NCBI GenBank assembly: GCA_037128175.1
Contig: JBAXWY010000063.1
Location: forward strand, 1 to 11,184
From: Methanothrix sp.
Lineage (GTDB): Archaea; Halobacteriota; Methanosarcinia; Methanotrichales; Methanotrichaceae
DNA: 11,184 nucleotides
Direction: 5' to 3'
A model generated the notes under the pieces. That model did no database searches and was not told the DNA's origin. It was given only the letters and a program-made list of their open reading frames with translations. How positions within the stretch are numbered: the first letter of the stretch is position 1; each line of letters begins with the position of its first letter. Positions 1-6,036 of the stretch are shown one piece after another. Position numbers and translations under genes: made by a program.

Positions 1-145
1 TGCCTGAGCCGTTGGGGCCGAGCAGACCGAAGATCTCTCCCGCCTCGATATCCAGGGATATGTTCTGAAGAACTGTAGTACTACTCCCCAAGAGGCTCTT
101 ATATATCTTGCAAATTCCCTTAGCTTCAACCGGTTTTTCTTTCAT
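1..145 (-). CDS. ABC transporter ATP-binding protein, N-terminal fragment (runs off the left edge; ABC-2/exporter-like)
   Basis: Not in the ORF track. Manual translation from ATG at 145 gives MKEKPVEAKGICKIYKSLLGSSTTVLQNISLDIEAGEIFGLLGPNGSG, the typical ABC ATPase N-terminus with Walker A GPNGSG(K) truncated at the edge. Confidence 0.9.
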   Translation of the reverse strand, partial: MKEKPVEAKGICKIYKSLLGSSTTVLQNISLDIEAGEIFGLLGPNGSG

Positions 146-187
146 GTACCGCTCTTGTTTTATCTCACACTGCCGACACTTCTGTCA

Positions 188-1183
188 CTACATTTGCCGT
201 CGTCTTCTCTTGCGACGAAAGAGTTGATCCCCTCTTTTCCATATCAGAAAAGCTGCGAGACCTATTATTGCCAGGCCTCCCAAGACCGGCCCTGCATAAT
301 TTCCTAAAACCCCGGCGCGCGAGAGAGTGATTTGCAGTGGGACAATTATGCTTTTCTCTTGGCAATCAATCTCACAGCCCAGCTGGTAATCCTGCAGGCC
401 GGCATTTCCATCTACGCCTACCGTGAATGAGATTACAGCCAACGATCCGGGGGCCAGGTCTCCAAGCATTGTATCCGGGTCCTCTGTGTAGAAGGGAGGA
501 GCCGCCAGGAGCCTGGCCGAGCAATTATGAAGCATTGTGGCGCCATCATTGCTGATCGCCATCCTCAAGATTTCACTTCCACCCGCATAAAGCTCGGAAT
601 TAATACCTGAAATATGCAAAGTATCATTATTTCTTGCCACAAATACCATACACGTGAGGTTTTGCCTTTCCGCTTCATAGAGGGGAAATACCTCGCTGCT
701 CTTCACGCTCACATCCACCTGCCGCTCATAATCAACGCTTAAGGGAAGCCTATACCAGCCGCTTGCATTCTTCTGTGCAGTGATATTAAACTGCAACATT
801 GCCGCGCCTCCCGCAGGAAGGATCTTGATATGCTGCGGCCCTGTTGTAACCTTTATGGGTCCTGCCTCCCAAAGATCCGTTCCGGCAAGGGCGGCATCGA
901 TGTTCAAAGCATCACTGCTCTGCATTTCCGCTCTCATCTCCAGCAATATGTCTTCATTTGAGCCGCTCTCGTTAATGGGCATCAGTTCTTTCAGCTCGCC
1001 TACATTGGCCAGGTTTATTCGCAGGATACTATCACCAGGGACCAGAGCCGGATTGGCCACACCGGCTGCAAGCTCTGGCCGGCCCAAGGATTTGTAGTGA
1101 TCATCTGCAAAAAATATGAGATCTTCTGCCTGGACCGTACCGGCAAGAATAAGCAGAATGCTGATGACATGCAGGAGCTTCAT
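188..1183 (-). CDS. Secreted, membrane-anchored COG1361 (S-layer domain)-like protein
   Basis: Signal peptide (MKLLHVISILLILAGTVQA), two beta-sandwich-like segments (LRINLANVG...YRLPLSVDY; LRMAISNDG...LGDLAPG), a C-terminal TM helix (PVLGGLAIIGLAAFLIW) and a basic tail (RRKRRRR). It sits 42 bp upstream of an ABC ATPase. Family assigned by pattern recognition only. Confidence 0.7.
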   Translation of the reverse strand: MKLLHVISILLILAGTVQAEDLIFFADDHYKSLGRPELAAGVANPALVPGDSILRINLANVGELKELMPINESGSNEDILLEMRAEMQSSDALNIDAALAGTDLWEAGPIKVTTGPQHIKILPAGGAAMLQFNITAQKNASGWYRLPLSVDYERQVDVSVKSSEVFPLYEAERQNLTCMVFVARNNDTLHISGINSELYAGGSEILRMAISNDGATMLHNCSARLLAAPPFYTEDPDTMLGDLAPGSLAVISFTVGVDGNAGLQDYQLGCEIDCQEKSIIVPLQITLSRAGVLGNYAGPVLGGLAIIGLAAFLIWKRGDQLFRRKRRRRQM

Positions 1184-1222
1184 CCTCTTTTAGGTTAATT
1201 TGCATCCATTAATTAAACCTAT

Positions 1223-2023
1223 CTATCTGGAAAGCACGGTGCTCAGGAAAAAGGCTAAAGCTGCCGTGAGAATTATGGTCGCACCGGAGGGGACATCCAA
1301 CTCATAAGATATCAAGAGCCCAATGGTTACAAAGACGGCGCCCAGTAATATGGAGCCGGCCATGATAGCGGGCAGTCCCAACATGTGCCGCCGGCTTATG
1401 GCGCCGGGAATGGTCAATAGCGCTATGACCATGATTATCCCCACGATCTTGATGAGAATGACCACGCTAAAGGCCACCATGACCAGGAGCAAGAGGCGAA
1501 GGCTTTGCACGGGCAGGCCGATAGCCTCTGCATAGATGGGATCGAAGCTCAGGAGAAGAAACTCTTTGTAGAGCAGAAAGACCAGAGCCAGGATGATTAA
1601 TGTGAGTGCCGAAATAAGCAGAACATCGCTCCTCGTCACGGCTAAAATATTTCCGAACAGGTAGCCATAAAGGTCTCTGGCATAGCCCTGGGAAAGAGTG
1701 AGGAGCATTATTCCTAAAGCCATGCCGGTGGCCATGAAGACGCCAATGGCAGTATCCTCGGATATGCGTGCCCGGGAGCTGACCATGCCTATGCCGAGAG
1801 CAGTTATTACGGCCGATCCTATTCCGAAGGCCAGCGGATCGTAGCCCAGGAAGTAACCAAGACCAATGCCGCCAAAGGCGGCGTGAGCGATGCCGTCGCT
1901 GATGAATACTATTTTATTTAAAATTACATATATACCGATTACGCCGCAGAGCACCGAGGCGGCCAGGCCCGCGGCCAGGGCATTTCTCATGAAGTCGTAC
2001 TGGAGAAAATCCAAATCAATCAT
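1223..2023 (-). CDS. znuB: Zn/Mn ABC transporter permease (ABC-3 family)
   Basis: Very hydrophobic 266 aa with family motifs FMRNALAAG, DGIAHAAFGG, YLFGNILAV, SFDP and IKIVGIIMVIALLTIP. Overlaps znuC by 8 bp. Confidence 0.95.
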   Translation of the reverse strand: MIDLDFLQYDFMRNALAAGLAASVLCGVIGIYVILNKIVFISDGIAHAAFGGIGLGYFLGYDPLAFGIGSAVITALGIGMVSSRARISEDTAIGVFMATGMALGIMLLTLSQGYARDLYGYLFGNILAVTRSDVLLISALTLIILALVFLLYKEFLLLSFDPIYAEAIGLPVQSLRLLLLVMVAFSVVILIKIVGIIMVIALLTIPGAISRRHMLGLPAIMAGSILLGAVFVTIGLLISYELDVPSGATIILTAALAFFLSTVLSR

Positions 2024-2780
2024 GTTCCCTCAAGACCCGATGAGGTGTACCGTGCGCTATCATCTCCACCGGGCAGCCGTAGGCCTTCTCGATGTCCTCA
2101 TTGCTTAGTTCCTTGGAGTCATGATAATAAAGCCGCTGGTTTAAGCAGGCAATCTTGCTCACGTATTTGGAGATGGCTGTAACATCATGGGAGACCAGCA
2201 CAATGGCGATACCGTGATCGCGATTCAGGTGGTAGAGCAGATCGTAAAAATCCGTCTGCTGGGCGGAATCAACGCCTGCCGTGGGCTCATCCAGGAGTAG
2301 CAGCTTTGGATCGGAGACTAATGAGCGGGCTACAAAGACCCTCTGCTGCTCTCCTCCCGAGAGTGCACCAATCTCGCGCATAGCCCGGTCTTCCATTCCC
2401 ACGGCCGCGAGTGCAAAACGTGCGGCTTGGCGATCAGGGGGGCCGTAGCGGTGCATGAGTCCGGTGCGGCTATATCTTCCCATGAGCACCACATCCAGCA
2501 CATTAACCGGAAAGCTCTGGTCGAAGACTGTCTTCTGGGGCATGTAGCCAACGCGGCTACGCGCCTGTGCGGGAGGCAGCCCGAAGATGGCAATGCTGCC
2601 CCGATCGGGCTTGATCAAGCCCAGCATTACCTTAAGCAGAGTGGATTTGCCGCCGCCGTTGGGGCCGATGAGTCCCAGGAAGTCGCCCGCCATAAGATCC
2701 AGGCTTATGCTCTCCAGGACGGCGTGCTCTCCCCTGCAGACCCAAAGGTCGCGGATGGATATTACAATCTTGTCTTTCAT
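2016..2780 (-). CDS. znuC: Zn/Mn ABC transporter ATP-binding protein
   Basis: Walker A GPNGGGKST, Q-loop GYMPQ, signature LSGGEQQR, Walker B LLLLDEPT, H-loop VSHD, CLN motif and a His-containing tail. ATGA overlap with znuA at 2777-2780. Confidence 0.95.
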   Translation of the reverse strand: MKDKIVISIRDLWVCRGEHAVLESISLDLMAGDFLGLIGPNGGGKSTLLKVMLGLIKPDRGSIAIFGLPPAQARSRVGYMPQKTVFDQSFPVNVLDVVLMGRYSRTGLMHRYGPPDRQAARFALAAVGMEDRAMREIGALSGGEQQRVFVARSLVSDPKLLLLDEPTAGVDSAQQTDFYDLLYHLNRDHGIAIVLVSHDVTAISKYVSKIACLNQRLYYHDSKELSNEDIEKAYGCPVEMIAHGTPHRVLREHD

Positions 2781-3697
2781 TTTAGGCTCTGGGCAATCTC
2801 CCTGCTCGCATTTCTCATATTATCCAGATAATTTCCTGCCAGCGGATCGAGGGCCACGATGCGAGCGTTCATCTCCCGGGCGATCACTTCCGCAGATTTG
2901 GGGTTGAACTGCGGCTCTACAAAGATAGTAGTGATATTATTCTTTCGGGCCAGTTCGATCATCTCGCCCAGGTATTTGGGTCCGGGCTCTTTTTCGTTCT
3001 CCATGAGCGGCACCTGGTATAGGTCGTAGTCCCGGGCAAAGTAGGGCCAGGCAGGATGATGCACCATGAAGATCTTGCTCTTTTTGCCGGCAAAGGTCAG
3101 GTTCAGCTCTACGTCCAGAGCTTTAAGCTTGCTTAAATAATCGTCCCGGTTTTTGGTATAATAATCTTTGTTTGGCGAATCGACCTCGATCAAGCCGGTG
3201 CAGATGCTGTCCACTTGGACGGCAGCATTTCGTAAGGAGAGCCAGATGTGCGGATCTATCTCACCCGCGTTCTCTTGCAGTAGGGCTACGCCCTGAGAGG
3301 AGTCTACTACTACCATTCTCTTATTGGCCTCTAGCAGTTTGTCCATCCAGAACTCGAGACCTGCCCCGTTCATGACATATAGATCGGCTTTAGCCACTGC
3401 CATCATCAGAGACGGCGTGGGCTCGAAGGTATGAGGCTCGGCACCTGGCGGAACTACCACAGTGACCTCGACCTTCTCGCCGCCCACCGCCTTCACAAAG
3501 TCGCCCAGAGGAGGAATGGTAGCAGCCACCTTGATCATGCCGGAAGCATTGCCGGAGACGTTGCCTGAAGGGGCAGCGGCTGGAGCGCCAGATGGTGTTG
3601 CAAAATGGGATTCATTATGCGAAACGCAGCCGGAGAGGATGGTCGTTGCCAGCAGCAAAGCCAATATCAAAATATATTTATTAATATTTCGTATCAT
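2777..3697 (-). CDS. znuA: Zn ABC transporter substrate-binding lipoprotein (ZnuA/TroA cluster A-I)
   Basis: Lipobox LSGC. Metal ligand motifs EPHTFEP, DPHIWLS, VHHPAW and a Glu in ENEKEP; also NGAGLEFW and FVEPQF. A His at the third ligand position favours Zn, but specificity is inferred. Confidence 0.93.
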   Translation of the reverse strand: MIRNINKYILILALLLATTILSGCVSHNESHFATPSGAPAAAPSGNVSGNASGMIKVAATIPPLGDFVKAVGGEKVEVTVVVPPGAEPHTFEPTPSLMMAVAKADLYVMNGAGLEFWMDKLLEANKRMVVVDSSQGVALLQENAGEIDPHIWLSLRNAAVQVDSICTGLIEVDSPNKDYYTKNRDDYLSKLKALDVELNLTFAGKKSKIFMVHHPAWPYFARDYDLYQVPLMENEKEPGPKYLGEMIELARKNNITTIFVEPQFNPKSAEVIAREMNARIVALDPLAGNYLDNMRNASREIAQSLK

Positions 3698-3701
3698 GCT
3701 A

Positions 3702-4019
3702 CTACACCGTTTTGGTTTCTGTGGTCAACAGATTCTTGCCGATGTATTTGGAGCGCGTTTTGCCGCCCTCACGCCAGTAACCGTACCAGTAAGGGCCATG
3801 TGGACAGCCTTTGCAGTTCTTGCCACAGGAGACCTTTTCCAGGCGGTAGGTAGTTGACCCTGTCGTCTGCACATCTAATACCTCCCTGTCGCCCGGCAGC
3901 TCCTCGGCCAGGGGCGGCTTGCCTCTTTCTGAGATGAGGCGCTCGACGAGGTCCCTTATTTCGTAAAGCACGGAGATATTCTGATGTTCCAGTGAGTGGA
4001 TGGTGGTTTTGGGTATCAA
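3702..4019 (-). CDS. Small Cys/His protein, DUF6788-like; putative Zn-binding nucleic-acid-binding protein
   Basis: C-terminal CGKNCKGCPHGPYWYGYWREGGKTRSKYIGK matches the pattern I recall for DUF6788 (CGK..C...HGPY.Y...GK...Y.G). TTG at 4019 is the furthest possible start because an in-frame TAA lies 4 codons upstream. The stop is 4 bp before the znuA ATG. Confidence 0.8.
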   Translation of the reverse strand: MIPKTTIHSLEHQNISVLYEIRDLVERLISERGKPPLAEELPGDREVLDVQTTGSTTYRLEKVSCGKNCKGCPHGPYWYGYWREGGKTRSKYIGKNLLTTETKTV

Positions 4020-4026
4020 GAATGTC

Positions 4027-4072
4027 TCTTATGTAACTGCTATTTATAATCTTATTGCTTGATTACATAAGA
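4027..4072 (-). promoter_or_regulatory. Putative promoter of the DUF6788-like/znuACB operon: TATA box flanked by a perfect 10-bp inverted repeat
   Basis: TCTTATGTAA (4027-4036) and TTACATAAGA (4063-4072) are exact reverse complements with a 26-bp spacer. The spacer contains minus-strand TTATAAAT (4049-4042), 22 bp before the TTG. Confidence 0.7.
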
Positions 4073-4088
4073 ATAAAAAGAAAAAGAA
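4072..4088 (-). terminator. Oligo-T archaeal-type terminator candidate after the metalloprotease gene
   Basis: Minus strand reads TTCTTTTTCTTTTTATT about 60 bp after the stop at 4148. Confidence 0.5.
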
Positions 4089-4147
4089 TTAACTCCATCG
4101 ACATCCTGAGGACTGCATTTGCCCGATGCAAGATACGATGAAGACTT

Positions 4148-5584
4148 CTATACCTTTCCATACAGAATCTGCGCCCCCGTTATATCACCATTTCCCAGCG
4201 TCCTCTGCGGTCCGTTGTAGAGATTCATAACCTGTTCGAGGTCCTTGGTTCGAGGATCGGTGGGCGGCAAACTCCCCCCGTAAGTTGAAGAGTAGATATC
4301 ACCCATGCCGATGCAGTGGCCCAGTTCATGCAGGGCAACGCTTTGCAGATCAATCTTACTGGTGGTCTGGGCAGTAGTGAGGGTTGTGGTCCACTGATAA
4401 TCGAGGTTGTACCAGGTATCGGATTCTATAAGGGAATAGTACCCACCTACCTTAACGCCACTAGTCCACCAGCGATTCAGCGCAATAAAGCTGTTCCCAA
4501 ATTTCTTCCAGCCATTTACATTATAGCCGTCTCTCTTGGGCGCACTGGTAAATGGATTGTCCACCACCTTTGTGGAATCAATTTTCACTGTAGTTCCATC
4601 TGCAAAGATATTGCCGGCCACAGCATTATCCCAGGTATTGGCCGCCGCAGAGATAGCGCTTTGCGAGGATGCCGCCGTTAGCCCGGTGGGTGTACCGGTC
4701 GGATTTAAGTAGAGCTGCACCTTGGGATCCAACACGTTCCAGCGATATCCCGTAAGCTTATAAGATGAATAGGATCCGCCAGTCACGGCCGCTGCTGCTG
4801 TCTTGGATGAGGTCGTGGAGACCCTTGCCGCCCCTTTTGCATCAGTCAGACCTAAATTGAGGACGCTCACACCAAAGCTGCCTATGCCGCTTCCATCTCC
4901 CACCATTCTTAGGCCGGACATGCCCATCATCTGGTCCTCGCCGCCTTGGGAAACGGCATTAAAGGAGTCGGCGCTCAGAACGAGAATATCATCGATGGCA
5001 GCAGAACCGCGGGAAAAGGCACGATCTGACGCTGCGGATGCGAGATTGGCGTTCATACTGCCCTGGCCGGAAAAGCCGCCTTCCGCCAGCATTACATTCT
5101 CCTTACCCAGCGCTCCCGAGACCACTTTGCCTCCCTGGCCTTCCATATCTGTACTCTGGTAGGCAAAGGCGCCTTGCCCCTCACCCGCATAGAGGCTCTG
5201 TGAGCTGGACAGCACGCCATAGGCCACGCTCGCCTCTTGGCCGGCAGAGGCACCGTCCTGTATGCTCTGCAGATTGAGACTCAGGCTACCTGCTCCGGCC
5301 ACATCCTGGTTGATACTGGCCGCCTTCCCCGAGGTAGAAGAGTATGTAGAGACACTAAGCGTTCCCTGGCTATCGACGTCACTGCTCAGAGCATAACTAC
5401 TTCCAGATAGTGATTGCCTCAATCGGTTTTTTCCCCCTCCTTCTGCCTGTAGATGGGATGAGATTTTGCCGGAGTCCAGGTTTATGTCCTGTTTCAACCA
5501 CGTTGATGTATCCAGATCATAGCTCTGTGAGGAAGAGGACGTTTCAGCACCATTTGATGAGGAGACGCTTACAGTAATTCCCAT
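4148..5584 (-). CDS. Matrixin (M10A-like)/metzincin zinc metalloprotease with a long Ser/Gly-rich N-terminal region; true start probably upstream of 5584
   Basis: DLQSVALHELGHCIGMGD fits HExxHxxGxx(H/D) with Asp as third ligand. Met-turn EQVMN, LGNGDITGAQILYG ending and AISAAANTWD helix are typical of matrixin domains. The frame is open upstream to 5668 and encodes a signal-peptide-like stretch. Confidence 0.88.
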   Translation of the reverse strand: MGITVSVSSSNGAETSSSSQSYDLDTSTWLKQDINLDSGKISSHLQAEGGGKNRLRQSLSGSSYALSSDVDSQGTLSVSTYSSTSGKAASINQDVAGAGSLSLNLQSIQDGASAGQEASVAYGVLSSSQSLYAGEGQGAFAYQSTDMEGQGGKVVSGALGKENVMLAEGGFSGQGSMNANLASAASDRAFSRGSAAIDDILVLSADSFNAVSQGGEDQMMGMSGLRMVGDGSGIGSFGVSVLNLGLTDAKGAARVSTTSSKTAAAAVTGGSYSSYKLTGYRWNVLDPKVQLYLNPTGTPTGLTAASSQSAISAAANTWDNAVAGNIFADGTTVKIDSTKVVDNPFTSAPKRDGYNVNGWKKFGNSFIALNRWWTSGVKVGGYYSLIESDTWYNLDYQWTTTLTTAQTTSKIDLQSVALHELGHCIGMGDIYSSTYGGSLPPTDPRTKDLEQVMNLYNGPQRTLGNGDITGAQILYGKV

Positions 5585-5670
5585 TGCAGTCGTTACTGCG
5601 ATGCATATAGTTAAAAAGCATATAAATGCAAACCGTGCAATATTTATCGTAATAGAGAATCCCCCATATT

Positions 5671-5736
5671 AGATGTAATAAGTATTAGTGGTAATCAGTA
5701 TTTGCTATATAACTCATCAGATGTTATAAGTATAAG
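5671..5736 (-). promoter_or_regulatory. Putative metalloprotease promoter: TATA box between two 18-bp imperfect direct repeats
   Basis: AGATGTAATAAGTATTAG (5671-5688) and AGATGTTATAAGTATAAG (5719-5736) match at 16/18. Minus-strand TTATATAG (5712-5705) lies between them. Confidence 0.45.
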
Positions 5737-5984
5737 AAGTTGTCGTGGCTACTCATAATTAAATATTATTTACTTTATTTTATAATCAATGATCTGAAAG
5801 ACAGTTACTATTATCAAAAAGATTGATTGTCAATAGAGACTGTTATGAAAATGTGATTAAAAGGCTCTTCAACCGATTTATTAACAATGGATCGCTTAGC
5901 AAGCCAAAATGTATCTTGTGTGTTTGTGAAAAATTAGCGCAGATACCCGAAAAAAGATGCATTCGCGAAGCATTGCAGAAATAG

Positions 5985-6017
5985 AAAAAAAAGCAAAATA
6001 TGGAAAACAAAGAAAAA
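5985..6017 (-). terminator. Oligo-T terminator candidate after the 1345-aa gene
   Basis: Several T runs on the minus strand, including T8 at 5992-5985, about 20-50 bp past the TGA at 6037. Confidence 0.5.
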
Positions 6018-6036
6018 GAGGCTGAGACCGAAGAAC

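Noticed and set aside
1190-1221. TTAGGTTA as a DtxR/IdeR operator
   Set aside because: It matches only one half-site, the spacing does not fit the 19-bp palindrome, and it lies downstream of the znu genes.
3702-4019. DUF6788-like ORF as part of an IS or proviral remnant
   Set aside because: No transposase, integrase, terminal repeats bracketing the gene or target duplication is visible, and both arms of the inverted repeat lie on one side of the ORF.
188-4150. Four genes end in TAG: possible pyrrolysine read-through or recoding
   Set aside because: TAG at 188 is followed immediately by TGA. TAG at 3702 is followed by another TAG and is out of frame with znuA. TAG at 1223 reaches TAA within about 11 codons. 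The proteins look complete and have no internal TAGs.
5822-5973. Short palindromes ATTGA-TTG-TCAAT (about 5822-5834) and ATGCATTCGCGAAGCAT (5957-5973)
   Set aside because: They are too short or imperfect to distinguish from chance, and no ncRNA, tRNA or CRISPR periodicity is evident in this intergenic region.
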